NCBI GenBank assembly: GCA_041648455.1
Contig: JBAZOZ010000002.1
Coordinates: forward strand, 1,531-65,530
Length of the DNA: 64,000 nt
Direction of reading: 5' to 3'
Source of the DNA: Candidatus Pacearchaeota archaeon
GTDB taxonomy: Archaea > Nanobdellota > Nanobdellia > Pacearchaeales > GW2011-AR1
Part shown: piece by piece, positions 47,216 to 57,121 of the stretch
Layout of the letters: every line of letters begins with the position of its first letter
How positions within the stretch are numbered: position 1 is the stretch's first letter
Program-made: the position numbers and the translations under genes
The notes under the pieces: model-generated
The model's database searches: none
What the model was told of the DNA's origin: nothing
What the model saw: the letters and a program-made list of their open reading frames with translations, nothing else

Positions 47216-47772
47216 AAATAATTTATTTAATTCATGGATGGGGAGAAAGCCCTAAAAGTGAAGCGTGGTTTAAATGGCTCAACGAAGAATCTAAAAAAAG
47301 AAATTATAAATTAATAATTCCTGAAATGCCGAATACAAATAATCCAAAAATTGATGAATGGTTAAATAAACTTAATAATATTATTAAACCAAATGAAGAT
47401 ACTTACTTAATAGGTCATAGTATTGGTTGTCGGACAATTATGAGATATCTGGAAAAACTTCCAAAAGAAATTAAGTTCAGATGGATAATCTTCGTTGCTG
47501 GATGGTTTAATTTATTAGAATCTGCTTATGAAGATAATCAAGAAAAATATATAGCAAAACCTTGGTTAGAAATTCCAATTAATGCTGAAAAAGTTAAACA
47601 ACACACTGATAAAGTTCTTGCTATCTTTTCTGACAATGACCCTTGTGTTCCATTAAGCGATTCAAAGATTTTTAGAGAAAAACTTGGTGCAAAAGTAATT
47701 ATTAAAAAGAATGAGGAACATTTTAATGATACTATTAAAATTAAAGAAATGCTAAATTTTATAGAAAGATGA
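47212..47772 (+). CDS. Alpha/beta hydrolase (YdeN/DUF1234-like serine hydrolase)
   Basis: MKIIYLIHGWGE and GHSIG motifs. Confidence 0.65.
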   Translation: MKIIYLIHGWGESPKSEAWFKWLNEESKKRNYKLIIPEMPNTNNPKIDEWLNKLNNIIKPNEDTYLIGHSIGCRTIMRYLEKLPKEIKFRWIIFVAGWFNLLESAYEDNQEKYIAKPWLEIPINAEKVKQHTDKVLAIFSDNDPCVPLSDSKIFREKLGAKVIIKKNEEHFNDTIKIKEMLNFIER

Positions 47773-48923
47773 AACAAATCTATCTCGACAATGCAGCTAC
47801 GACAAAAGTTGATGGAAAAGTTTTGAAAGCCATGATTCCGTATTTTAATGAAAAATATGGAAATGCGTCTTCACAACATCAAGTCGGACAAGAAGCAAAA
47901 AATGCGTTAGAGAAAAGCAGAAAGATAATTGCAAAGTCAATAAATGCAAAAACTAATGAAATAATCTTCACGTCGGGTGGAACAGAATCAAATAATCTTG
48001 CATTAAAGGGCTTATTTTTTGCAAACAGAGAGACTAACACAGGAAAAAATCATATTATAACAACAAGAATTGAACACGATTGTATTTTAAATTCTTGCAA
48101 ATGGCTCGAAACTCAGGGAGCAAAAGTAACTTACCTTGACGTCGATAAAGAAGGTTTTGTTAATCCGAAAGATATTGAAAATGCAATCACAAACAAAACA
48201 ATTCTTGTTTCAGTTATTCATGGAAATAACGAAATTGGAACAATTCAGGATTTGGAAGCAATTGGAAAAATATGCAAAGAAAAAAAAGTATTGTTTCATA
48301 CAGATGCCTGTCAGAGTTACACAAAAACAGATTTGAATGTTAAAAAAATGAATTTAGATTTAGTTACATTGAACAGCCATAAAATTCACGGGCCGAAAGG
48401 TGTAGGTGCTTTATATATTCGAGAGGGGGTTAAGATAATTCCATTGTTCCATGGTGGAGGACACGAAAAAAAAATACGAAGCGGAACGGAAAATGTTCCT
48501 GGAATTATTGGATTTGCCGAAGCTGTTGAAACAATTGGAAAAAAAGATTTGAAAAGAATGGAAGAATTGAGAGATAAATTAATTGATAGTGTATTAAAAA
48601 TTCCCAATACAAAATTAAACGGAGCAAGAAAAAAAAGATTATGCAATAATATTAATATTTCGTTTATGAATATTGAAGGCGAAGCGATTGGCGGGTATTT
48701 GGAAAATGAAGGAATTTATACGTCGACTGGAAGCGCGTGCCAGTCACATACTTTAGAATCAAGCCATGTTTTGAAAGCCATAAATTTGAGCCCGTTAGAA
48801 GCAAATAGTTCAATAAGAATGAGTTTAAGCAAATTTACAACGGAAGAAGAAATTGATTATGTTCTTAAAGTTCTTCCAAAAGTTGTTGAAAAATTAAGGA
48901 GGCTTAGCCCGCTTGTGAATTAA
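47769..48923 (+). CDS. iscS: Cysteine desulfurase (NifS/IscS)
   Basis: NSHKIHGPKGVGALYIR (PLP-Lys), ...C...GSAC. Confidence 0.85.
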   Translation: MKQIYLDNAATTKVDGKVLKAMIPYFNEKYGNASSQHQVGQEAKNALEKSRKIIAKSINAKTNEIIFTSGGTESNNLALKGLFFANRETNTGKNHIITTRIEHDCILNSCKWLETQGAKVTYLDVDKEGFVNPKDIENAITNKTILVSVIHGNNEIGTIQDLEAIGKICKEKKVLFHTDACQSYTKTDLNVKKMNLDLVTLNSHKIHGPKGVGALYIREGVKIIPLFHGGGHEKKIRSGTENVPGIIGFAEAVETIGKKDLKRMEELRDKLIDSVLKIPNTKLNGARKKRLCNNINISFMNIEGEAIGGYLENEGIYTSTGSACQSHTLESSHVLKAINLSPLEANSSIRMSLSKFTTEEEIDYVLKVLPKVVEKLRRLSPLVN

Positions 48924-48924
48924 A

Positions 48925-49989
48925 ATGAAAAAAATAAAATTTCCTAAAGATGAACAATCTCATGATAACATAATTGAGTGGTGGTATTTTAACGGAAATT
49001 TGAAAGACAAAAAAGGGAATAAGTATGCTTTTATGAATTGTCTATTTAAAGTTGATGTAAATCGTGTAAATATTCCCTTTCTAAAAATCCCTTTTAAAAC
49101 AGCTTATTTCTCCCACTCTCTTTTATCAGATATCAAAAATAATAAATTTTATCCAAGGGTTAGCCCCTTATCAATTGTTTCTACTGATAGTTTTTCAAAA
49201 CCCTTGCTTTTTATTAATTATACTAACCCTTCTTTAGAAGGATATACTAATTACATAATTGAGAATATTGAAAAATCCAGATATCATATAAAAACTAAGG
49301 ATATAGATTTAATACTGACTTCAATAAAAAAACCATTATTAGAGGGGGGCAAGGGATTTATAAATCTCAATCCAAAAAAAACATATTATTATTCTTTAAC
49401 TAATTTACAAACTAAAGGGAGAATAAAAATCAAAAATAAATGGATAGAAATTACAGGAAAGTCATGGATGGATCATCAGTGGGCAGATGTTCCTTATAGT
49501 GAAAATGAAAACAAATGGACTTGGTTTTCAATACAATTGCATAATAATATGGAAATTGTCTGTTTTGAATATGATGATGGAAAAAATAAAACATATTTTG
49601 CTAGTATCTCTTACCCAGATAATAAACAAAAGCATTTCTCTAAAATTGAATTTAAACCTCTCGGAAAAAAATGGAAAAGTAAAAAAACCGGAACAATATA
49701 TCCTCTTTCTTGGGAAATTAAAATCCCTAAAGAAAAAATTACCTTAGAAGTTGAGCCACTAATTAATAATCAAGAGGTGAATTTTGGAACGATTAATTAT
49801 TGGGAAGGTCCATTAAATGTAAAAGGAAAAATAGGCAAGAAGAATATTAAAGGAGAAGGATTTATGGAACTGGTTGGTTATCCTTCTGATTACACTAAAA
49901 TAAAATTCTTAAGGGATGAGGCTGCTTGGGTTTTAAAGAAATCTTTATCTTTTGTTAAAAAAGAAATCAAAAAAAATATTGGATATTGA
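48925..49989 (+). CDS. AttH/CrtC-like lipocalin-fold protein (COG5621-like)
   Basis: EWWYFNGNL...G.KYAF motif. Confidence 0.4.
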   Translation: MKKIKFPKDEQSHDNIIEWWYFNGNLKDKKGNKYAFMNCLFKVDVNRVNIPFLKIPFKTAYFSHSLLSDIKNNKFYPRVSPLSIVSTDSFSKPLLFINYTNPSLEGYTNYIIENIEKSRYHIKTKDIDLILTSIKKPLLEGGKGFINLNPKKTYYYSLTNLQTKGRIKIKNKWIEITGKSWMDHQWADVPYSENENKWTWFSIQLHNNMEIVCFEYDDGKNKTYFASISYPDNKQKHFSKIEFKPLGKKWKSKKTGTIYPLSWEIKIPKEKITLEVEPLINNQEVNFGTINYWEGPLNVKGKIGKKNIKGEGFMELVGYPSDYTKIKFLRDEAAWVLKKSLSFVKKEIKKNIGY

Positions 49990-50134
49990 AATGGGAAAAA
50001 ATAAAATTAAAGACAAATTTGAGGAAATTGGATGTGAATTTAAAAATGAAACTGCATGTGATGAAGACCTTGAGGAAGAAGATGTAGATATTGATGATGC
50101 AGAATCATCCAATTACGAAGATGAAGAATAAAAA

Positions 50135-50332
50135 ATGAAAAAGATAACAGGAAAAGAAAAAATATCTGAATTAATTGGAGACAAAAGAGTTGTTGAAGTA
50201 TTATTTGAAAATGGAATTATGTGTATGGGTTGCCATGCGGCTCCATTTGAAACTTTAGAACAAGGATGCAAAGCTCATGGAATGAGTAAAAAAGAAATTG
50301 ATAAATTAATTGATAAGTTGAACAAAGAATAA
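50135..50332 (+). CDS. Small Cys-motif redox protein (DUF1858-like)
   Basis: CMGCHAAPFETLEQGCKAHG. Confidence 0.45.
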   Translation: MKKITGKEKISELIGDKRVVEVLFENGIMCMGCHAAPFETLEQGCKAHGMSKKEIDKLIDKLNKE

Positions 50333-50333
50333 A

Positions 50334-50732
50334 ATGTCGCTACAATATTCAAAAAAATTAATGAAGCATTTCAAGAATCCGAAGTTTGTCAAGAAATTGA
50401 AGAACCCCGATGCTGTTGGCGAAGTTGGAAATATAAGATGCGGCGACATAATGAGATTAGAATTGAAAATTGATCCCAAAACTCGCAAGATAAAAGATAT
50501 TGGATTTCAAACTTTTGGGTGTCCGGCGGCAGTTGCAAGTTCAGATGTTGTTTGTGAAATTGTAAAAGGAAAAACATTGAAACAAGCAGAAAAAGTGGGC
50601 AAGGATGATATTGTAAAAAAACTCGGTGGAATGCCTCCAATAAAAATTCATTGTTCTATTTTAGGTATTGAAGCATTGAGAAAAGCAATTAAGAACTATG
50701 AGGAAAAAAATAAATTGGAAGGGAAAAAGTAA
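50334..50732 (+). CDS. iscU: Fe-S cluster scaffold IscU/NifU-like
   Basis: CGDIM.L, ..FGCPAAVASS and ...H.. motifs. Confidence 0.8.
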   Translation: MSLQYSKKLMKHFKNPKFVKKLKNPDAVGEVGNIRCGDIMRLELKIDPKTRKIKDIGFQTFGCPAAVASSDVVCEIVKGKTLKQAEKVGKDDIVKKLGGMPPIKIHCSILGIEALRKAIKNYEEKNKLEGKK

Positions 50733-50747
50733 GATGAAATATAAAAG

Positions 50748-51305
50748 ATGATAAATAAAAAGGCACCGGATATTGAATTGAGAGCTTTCCATGAAGGAAA
50801 GATAAAGAAGATTGACTTATTTGATTATCGCGGAAAATGGGTTGTATTATTTTTTTATCCTGCGGATTTTTCATTTATCTGCCCGACAGAACTCAGTGAG
50901 TTGGCCGAAAATTATGAATTGTTAAAAAAAATGAATGTAGAAGTTTTATCTATAAGCACAGATACTGAATTTGCCCATAAGGCCTGGCACGAAACATCCG
51001 AGATAATAAAAAAAGTTAAATTTCCGATGCTAGCAGATCCGACAGGCAGAATCTCCAAAATTTATGGCACCTATATTGAAGAAGAAGGACTAAGTGTAAG
51101 GGCAACTTTTATTATAGATCCCGAGGGAGTTATTAAGGCTTATGAATTTCATAATAATGATATTGGTAGAAGTATTGAAGAATTGATTAGAAAAATCCAG
51201 GCCGCGCAATTTGTAAAAGATAATAAAGGATTTGTTTGTCCCATGAATTGGAAACCTGGAAAAGAAGCACTGAAGCCAGAATTAAATATTATTGAAAAGA
51301 TATAA
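50748..51305 (+). CDS. Peroxiredoxin (2-Cys Prx, AhpC/TSA family)
   Basis: FYPADFSFICPTEL. Confidence 0.85.
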   Translation: MINKKAPDIELRAFHEGKIKKIDLFDYRGKWVVLFFYPADFSFICPTELSELAENYELLKKMNVEVLSISTDTEFAHKAWHETSEIIKKVKFPMLADPTGRISKIYGTYIEEEGLSVRATFIIDPEGVIKAYEFHNNDIGRSIEELIRKIQAAQFVKDNKGFVCPMNWKPGKEALKPELNIIEKI

Positions 51306-51556
51306 TTAGAAACTGGAATATAAATAAAATTGTAAGAATAAAAATATGGCAGATAGAAAACGCAGAAGTTTATTGAAAGCAATAAGTTGGTGATTCGTTG
51401 CAGTGTTAATTACATTTGTAATAAGTTTTATTATAACTAAAGAAATCCTTATTGCAGCAACAATCGGCTTAACTGACAGCTTTATTAAGATATTTGCATA
51501 TTATTCCCATGAAAGACTTTGGGAGAAGATAAATATTTGGAGAGTTAAAAACTAAG

Positions 51557-52222
51557 ATGAAAAAAATAGGAAATTTTTTACCCCATTCAAATCAAGAAAA
51601 TTTGAAGGTGAAGAAAATTGAACTTTCAAAATTAGAATATCCCTATGATAGTCTGGAGTCATACATCGACGAGAAAACAATGGAAATTCATCACGACAAA
51701 CATCATCAAACTTATGTTGATAAATTCAATGCACTAATCGAAGCGAATAAAGAATTAGAAGGAAGAACACCCAAAGAGATAATTATGGATATTGAAGATG
51801 TTGACGAGAAAATAAGAACTGCTGTAAGAAATCATGGTGGCGGAGTTATTAATCATAATTTTCTCTGGAAAATCTTGAAAAAGAATACAGAACCTAAGGG
51901 AAATATTCTTAAGGAAATAGAAAAAGAATTTGGAAATATTGATAAATTTAAAGAAGAATTTAAAAAATCTGCCATGAGTTTATTTGGAAGTGGCTGGACT
52001 TGGCTAGTTCTTGACGACGGCAAATTAAATATCATTAACACATCAAATCAGGATTCTCCATTAAGTATGGGAATGATTCCATTATTAACAATTGATTTGT
52101 GGGAACATGCATATTATTTGAAATATCAAAATAGAAGAGCAGATTATATTGATAATTTTTTTCATGTGATTAATTGGGAGAAAGTAAATGAAATATTCTT
52201 GGAGGAAAATGTGAATGGATAA
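51557..52222 (+). CDS. sod: Fe/Mn superoxide dismutase
   Basis: HHDKHHQTYV and DLWEHAYY motifs. The first 20 codons lie in an AGGAA array, so the true start may be GTG at 51617. Confidence 0.85.
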   Translation: MKKIGNFLPHSNQENLKVKKIELSKLEYPYDSLESYIDEKTMEIHHDKHHQTYVDKFNALIEANKELEGRTPKEIIMDIEDVDEKIRTAVRNHGGGVINHNFLWKILKKNTEPKGNILKEIEKEFGNIDKFKEEFKKSAMSLFGSGWTWLVLDDGKLNIINTSNQDSPLSMGMIPLLTIDLWEHAYYLKYQNRRADYIDNFFHVINWEKVNEIFLEENVNG

Positions 52223-52739
52223 AGCGATAAAAATTCTTGTTGACGAGCATAAAAATATCTTAAAACTAGCTGATGCTCTTGAAAAAGAATGTAATAAGAT
52301 TAAATCTGGAGAAAAAGTTAATGAAGATTTCTTTAAGAAAGTTATAGATTTTATAAGGAATTATGCGGATAAATTTCACCATGCTAAAGAGGAAGATATT
52401 TTATTTAAAGAATTCTGCAAGACTGCAGAAAAAGGATGTTTGCATTGTAATCCTGTTGAACAAATGTTATATGAACATGATATTGGAAGAAAATTTGTTA
52501 GGGGAATTGAAGAAGGAATAAAAGAGAAGGATAAAAGAAAAATTGTAGAGAACTCACTTGGTTATGTCAATTTAATAAGAGAGCATATTTTCAAAGAAGA
52601 TAATATTTTGTATCCTATGGCAGAAAATTCATTTGATAAAAGAACCAAGGAAGAAATTCTAAAAAAGTTTAATAAAATAAGTAAAGATAAAAAAATTGAA
52701 GAAAGGAAATATTTTTTATTTGTGAGGGGATTAAATTGA
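52215..52739 (+). CDS. Hemerythrin-like HHE cation-binding domain protein
   Basis: H..I...A..L, FHHAKEE, YEHDIGR and REHIFKEDNILYPMAE motifs. Confidence 0.65.
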   Translation: MDKAIKILVDEHKNILKLADALEKECNKIKSGEKVNEDFFKKVIDFIRNYADKFHHAKEEDILFKEFCKTAEKGCLHCNPVEQMLYEHDIGRKFVRGIEEGIKEKDKRKIVENSLGYVNLIREHIFKEDNILYPMAENSFDKRTKEEILKKFNKISKDKKIEERKYFLFVRGLN

Positions 52740-53032
52740 ACAAGAATATCTATGAGTTAATCGAATATCCAAAAGAAGGAATCTTAAGCAAGAATATTCA
52801 TAAAGATAACAAATCAGATGTAACATTATTTTGCATGACAAAGGATGCAGAGATGTTAGAACATACTTCAACAAGAGAAGGATTTATTTATGTTTTAGAA
52901 GGTGAAGGTATCTTTAATTTAGAAGGGAAAGATATTAAAATGAAAAAAGGGACACTTATAATTATGAATAAAAATGAAAAGCACTCTTTAGGTGCTAATA
53001 AAAATCTGTCATTTTTATTGACTTTAATTTAA
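52736..53032 (+). CDS. Cupin-domain protein
   Basis: G..H.H....IYVLEGEG.F...G and H motifs. Confidence 0.55.
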   Translation: MNKNIYELIEYPKEGILSKNIHKDNKSDVTLFCMTKDAEMLEHTSTREGFIYVLEGEGIFNLEGKDIKMKKGTLIIMNKNEKHSLGANKNLSFLLTLI

Positions 53033-53038
53033 TAAAAA

Positions 53039-53509
53039 ATGGAAAACAAATCTGTAGGATTATTAATTATTGGAATTGCAGTTGTAATGGTAATTATAGT
53101 TATTATTTTTAATTTTGCATTAAATTCTATTGTTGGAGTATCATGCAGTATGGGGTCATCATGCACGATGTATGATACAATAAAGGTTCAGACATGGATA
53201 AGTCTTGCAATTGTTGCAGTTATATTTATAATAGGTTTAATTATAATGTTCTCAAAACCAAAAGAGAAAATAGTAATTAAGACAATAAAAGAAAAGAAGA
53301 AAAAACTAAATCTTGATGGGTTGGATAATAAAGAAAAAGAAGTTGTGAAAATTCTTGAAGAAGAAAATGGAACAATATTTCAAGCAACATTAATGGAAAA
53401 GATTGGAATTGGAAAAGTTGGAATTACTCGCTTGTTAGATAAGCTTGAAGCAAAACAAATTATTGAAAGAAAACGACGTGGGATGAATAATGTTGTTGTT
53501 TTACGCTAA
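53039..53509 (+). CDS. Membrane-anchored winged-helix transcription regulator
   Basis: Two TM segments then KEKEVVKILEEENGTIFQATLMEKIGIGKVGITRLLDKLEAKQIIER. Confidence 0.5.
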   Translation: MENKSVGLLIIGIAVVMVIIVIIFNFALNSIVGVSCSMGSSCTMYDTIKVQTWISLAIVAVIFIIGLIIMFSKPKEKIVIKTIKEKKKKLNLDGLDNKEKEVVKILEEENGTIFQATLMEKIGIGKVGITRLLDKLEAKQIIERKRRGMNNVVVLR

Positions 53510-53517
53510 AAAATAGA

Positions 53518-53907
53518 GTGAATATGACAAAGAAAAAAAAGAATGAGATTTATTGGAGAAAGTATATTTCTATATTCTTTATTGTATTTCTAATAATATT
53601 AATACTCACTTTTATTGATTTCTTAATTCACTCCTTAAGTAAAGAATATGCTGTTCCAGATTATTATTTCAGAAATAAGATAATCTTCGGAACAATTATA
53701 GGTTTGATAATCTATTTCCTTGTTAAAAATAAAAATCCGTTAATTAAATCACTAACTTTTTCTGTGGTTGTAAGTGTATTGTTGCAGATAAGATATTTCT
53801 TAGAAGGATATCCAATAAGATTTGTGATAGAATTTCTTGCAATTCATTTCATAATCTTATTTATTGTTTCTATAATAACGTTTAAATATTTAAAGAGATT
53901 AATATAA
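53518..53907 (+). CDS. Integral membrane protein (129 aa)
   Basis: Hydrophobic. Confidence 0.4.
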   Translation: MNMTKKKKNEIYWRKYISIFFIVFLIILILTFIDFLIHSLSKEYAVPDYYFRNKIIFGTIIGLIIYFLVKNKNPLIKSLTFSVVVSVLLQIRYFLEGYPIRFVIEFLAIHFIILFIVSIITFKYLKRLI

Positions 53908-53922
53908 AAAGAGATAAATAAT

Positions 53923-54351
53923 ATGAAAAGCTCAATAGTTATTTTATTAGTAATTGTAGCGATACTGGTAATTGGTGGTGTTTTTTACATTGCTATAGGT
54001 AGCAATCCTTCTTCTAAGAATATTGAAGGAACTGGCACTCAGAATTCTGGAAATGAAATAGATAGTAATACTCCAAGTGAAACTAATACTAACACTCCAA
54101 AAACATATAATACAGAGATAAAGAATTTTGCATTTAATCCTATAACTTTAACTATAAAAAAAGGAGATAGTGTTAAATGGACTAATATAGATTCTGCAAA
54201 ACATACAGTAACTTCTGATTCTGGAAATGAATTAGATTCTGAATTGCTGACGAATGGAGAAACATACTCACATACATTTAATGAAGTTGGAACCTATAAT
54301 TATCATTGTGCACCACATCCTATGATGAAAGCAAAAATAATTGTTCAATAA
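53923..54351 (+). CDS. Plastocyanin/azurin-like blue copper protein (cupredoxin), membrane anchored
   Basis: N-terminal TM; H...NYHCAPHPMMKAKIIV (Cys-X2-His-X2-3-Met type 1 Cu site). Confidence 0.7.
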   Translation: MKSSIVILLVIVAILVIGGVFYIAIGSNPSSKNIEGTGTQNSGNEIDSNTPSETNTNTPKTYNTEIKNFAFNPITLTIKKGDSVKWTNIDSAKHTVTSDSGNELDSELLTNGETYSHTFNEVGTYNYHCAPHPMMKAKIIVQ

Positions 54352-54553
54352 TTTACAGAGAAAATTATAAATCCTAAGGAAATTGTATTTGAATGATATT
54401 TGAGATACCGTTAGTAATTATCCTTGGAATCGCTACAATAGTTTCAGTTTTTATAACTGCAAGTTTTGGTATGGCAATGCATATCTTCAAAAAAGATGTT
54501 TTCAAATATCATAAACTTTTTGCATCTTTAACAATCACTCTAGCAATATAAAA

Positions 54554-54982
54554 ATGGAAAAAATATCAGAAGCGATGTTAATTGAGCATCAAAGATTGTA
54601 TAATCTCTTGGAAAGATTAGAAAAAAATTTAGATGGTAATGACAAAAATTGGAAAGAATTATTTAATGAATTTAAATGGAATTTAGAAAAACATTTTTTT
54701 GTTGAGGAGAAAGCAATATTTGACTTGTGCAATTCTGATTGTGGAGAAAGAATTCCAGAGATATTTGATTTAATGAAAGAACATGGGGAAATTATTTATT
54801 TGATGAATGAAATTGATGATGAATTAGATGATAATCTTAAAAAAAACTTGTTGGAGATTAAGAGAATGTTAATTAAACATTCTAATTCTGAAGACGAGAG
54901 TTTTTATCCATTATTAGATGAAGAATTAAGCGAAGAAAGAAAGTTAGAAATTTTATCTCGAATTAAAGAAATTGTTCATTAA
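54554..54982 (+). CDS. Hemerythrin-like domain protein
   Basis: EHQRL..LL, LEKHFFVEE and HSNSED motifs. Confidence 0.55.
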   Translation: MEKISEAMLIEHQRLYNLLERLEKNLDGNDKNWKELFNEFKWNLEKHFFVEEKAIFDLCNSDCGERIPEIFDLMKEHGEIIYLMNEIDDELDDNLKKNLLEIKRMLIKHSNSEDESFYPLLDEELSEERKLEILSRIKEIVH

Positions 54983-55382
54983 GAATTCTAAAAATATAAA
55001 TTGAAATTATTGCCGTTGTTGCCAATTGTATTAATGGGCTTATTCCAATTCCAAAAATTGTTGGCATTAATTTTGTATAGGCCCATCTTCCAAGATTAAG
55101 ATTTACTTTCTCAATTATTGATGCAGTAATTAAACCTAAGATTATAATTAAGAAATAATCATTCTTCTTTGGTTTATTAATCCAATTTATGCTTTTATTT
55201 CTTAGAGATATTATTAAGAATATTCCTAAGATTATTAACATATCTGTGAATGATGCTAAAAGTAGATGAAGAATCGGAGAAATTCCAGATTTATCAATGT
55301 ATAAAAAATAATGAGACAATTCCCAAATTAGATTTATTACTAAGATTATCGACGAGAGGATAAAAATATTCCTGATTTTCAT
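54963..55382 (-). CDS. Integral membrane protein (139 aa)
   Basis: Four predicted TM segments. Confidence 0.45.
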   Translation of the reverse strand: MKIRNIFILSSIILVINLIWELSHYFLYIDKSGISPILHLLLASFTDMLIILGIFLIISLRNKSINWINKPKKNDYFLIIILGLITASIIEKVNLNLGRWAYTKLMPTIFGIGISPLIQLATTAIISIYIFRILNEQFL

Positions 55383-55487
55383 AATTAAATTAGGATCTTC
55401 TTCTTTAAATTTTTATCTGAAACTAGTTTCTCCAAAGAGAATATATAATATCTTTTTCTTGAAATACTAATTAAATTTGGAGTTAAA

Positions 55488-56147
55488 ATGGACGAACAAA
55501 AAAACAATGCAGTAATTGTAAAGAAAACTGATTGGGAGTTTTTCCTTCAGGTAGGAATAGTTATTGTGCTCGCAGTACTGTTGTTTTATAATGTTAATAA
55601 GACAGGAAATGTTACTGGTGGAGTTATCGGAACAGTATCTGCTTCAGAAATAATTCCTAAGGGAGTTCCAGAGATTTACGGAAAAGAATTAGGAGTTAGT
55701 TACGACGGTGTTTCTACAAGTAATCCGCAATTGGCAGATACAACTATTGAAATTCTTTCTAATATTGATAGAACTGTGACCTTGACAGGAGATGATTTGC
55801 AGAGATACATTAAGATTGGAAGTATGATTGCATGTGAATATTGTTGTGGTGCAGAGACATTAGTTTTTAGCAATGGACAACCTGCATGTGGATGTGCTCA
55901 TAGTTATTCTATGAGAGGATTAGCTAAATATCTTATCAAAAACCATGGAGATGAATTTACAGATGATCAAATCCTTGAAGAGCTTGGAAAATGGAAGGTT
56001 TTATTTTTTCCAGGGGTGCATGAACAAAAAGCAGCGATATTGAAAAGTCAAGGAATTGAACTTAGTTATATCAATTTAGCAAGCAACAAATACCGTGGAA
56101 TTGAACAAGGACAAACATCTGACGGAGCAATGGTAGGTGGCTGTTAA
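55488..56147 (+). CDS. Membrane-anchored Cys-rich protein ending in MVGGC (CEYCCG...CGC motif)
   Basis: TM LQVGIVIVLAVLLFY; CEYCCGAETLVFSNGQPACGCAHS; C-terminus ...GQTSDGAMVGGC. Confidence 0.5.
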   Translation: MDEQKNNAVIVKKTDWEFFLQVGIVIVLAVLLFYNVNKTGNVTGGVIGTVSASEIIPKGVPEIYGKELGVSYDGVSTSNPQLADTTIEILSNIDRTVTLTGDDLQRYIKIGSMIACEYCCGAETLVFSNGQPACGCAHSYSMRGLAKYLIKNHGDEFTDDQILEELGKWKVLFFPGVHEQKAAILKSQGIELSYINLASNKYRGIEQGQTSDGAMVGGC

Positions 56148-56189
56148 AGTGGATTGCTATTGCACAAATGAAAACAAGGAGAGAAAACA

Positions 56190-56420
56190 ATGGATACAAA
56201 GAAATTAATTTTATGGATTGTTATTGCTATACTTGCAATTGCAATAGTTTATGTAGTGTTTTTCAAAACAAGTGGCACAGCAGCTGCAGTATCTGGTGGG
56301 AAAATTGATACAACTGGTTGGACAGAGAATGAAAAGATGAACTATGAAATGCATGGGACAATCCCTGCACGAGTTGGAAGCAGTACATCGAGCGGATCAG
56401 GTATGGTGGGAGGTTGTTAA
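56190..56420 (+). CDS. Small membrane peptide with C-terminal ...SGSGMVGGC
   Basis: AAGGAGA SD; TM ILWIVIAILAIAIVYVVFF; ends GSGMVGGC. Confidence 0.5.
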   Translation: MDTKKLILWIVIAILAIAIVYVVFFKTSGTAAAVSGGKIDTTGWTENEKMNYEMHGTIPARVGSSTSSGSGMVGGC

Positions 56421-56488
56421 TTTGAAAGATTGTTGTTCTCCCACACCTAATAACAAAGAAATGAAAGGAGGAAAAATTCATATATAAA

Positions 56489-56644
56489 ATGGACAAAAAA
56501 ATCATTTTGTGGATAATAATAGCTATCCTTGTAGTTGCAGTGATATACATAACCTTTTTTAGAGGCGGTTCAACAGGAAGTGCAATAAGTGCTGTACAAT
56601 CTGCTGGGCAAACTGCATCTAGTGGAATGGTTGGTGGCTGCTAA
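56489..56644 (+). CDS. Small membrane peptide (51 aa) with C-terminal ...SSGMVGGC (not in ORF track, below 60 aa)
   Basis: Hand translation MDKKIILWIIIAILVVAVIYITFFRGGSTGSAISAVQSAGQTASSGMVGGC*. Confidence 0.45.
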   Translation: MDKKIILWIIIAILVVAVIYITFFRGGSTGSAISAVQSAGQTASSGMVGGC

Positions 56645-56914
56645 AATATTTATTTTTTTGATTTTTTATTTTTCATAATTAGTAAAGAAATTGCTTAAAA
56701 ATTCACAATCCCACCGTTCGCTGATGCTCACTTCGGAGCAAGCTCGGGAGTATTTGTGAATTTTTTGCTTTGCACCAGCAATTTCAGTCTCCAGGAAAAA
56801 ATAGATATTTTTTCAGGGCCATTCAAAATCATAGATTTTGAAGGTTCCAAATCTGGCACAGCAAGCTGTGGGGTATTGACCCAGATTTAGAAACAAAGAA
56901 AATGCAAATATAGA

Positions 56915-57121
56915 AAACAAAATAGTTTTCTATCCCTAAAAATTGAGAAAGTCTTAAGGAAACAGGAAATTTTTAAGATGAAAAAAATAACAAATTTTTT
57001 ACCTTTTCAAATCAGGAAAAATTTAAGATGCGGAAAACAGGAATTTTCCGTCTCGTTAAAAACAGGAAATTTTTAAGATGAAAAAAATAACAAATTTTTT
57101 ACCTTTTCAAATCAGGAAAAT
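56915..57121 (+). repeat. AGGAA-core module array containing a 101-nt direct duplication (56957..57017 and 57058..57118), upstream of 57122
   Basis: aaacaggaaatttttaagatgaaaaaaataacaaattttttaccttttcaaatcaggaaaa occurs twice. Confidence 0.8.

Noticed and set aside
56915-57121. CRISPR array hypothesis for the tandem AGGAA arrays and the 78-nt repeats
   Set aside because: Units are not identical repeats separated by unique spacers, periods vary, no cas genes are nearby, and the arrays sit precisely at start codons.
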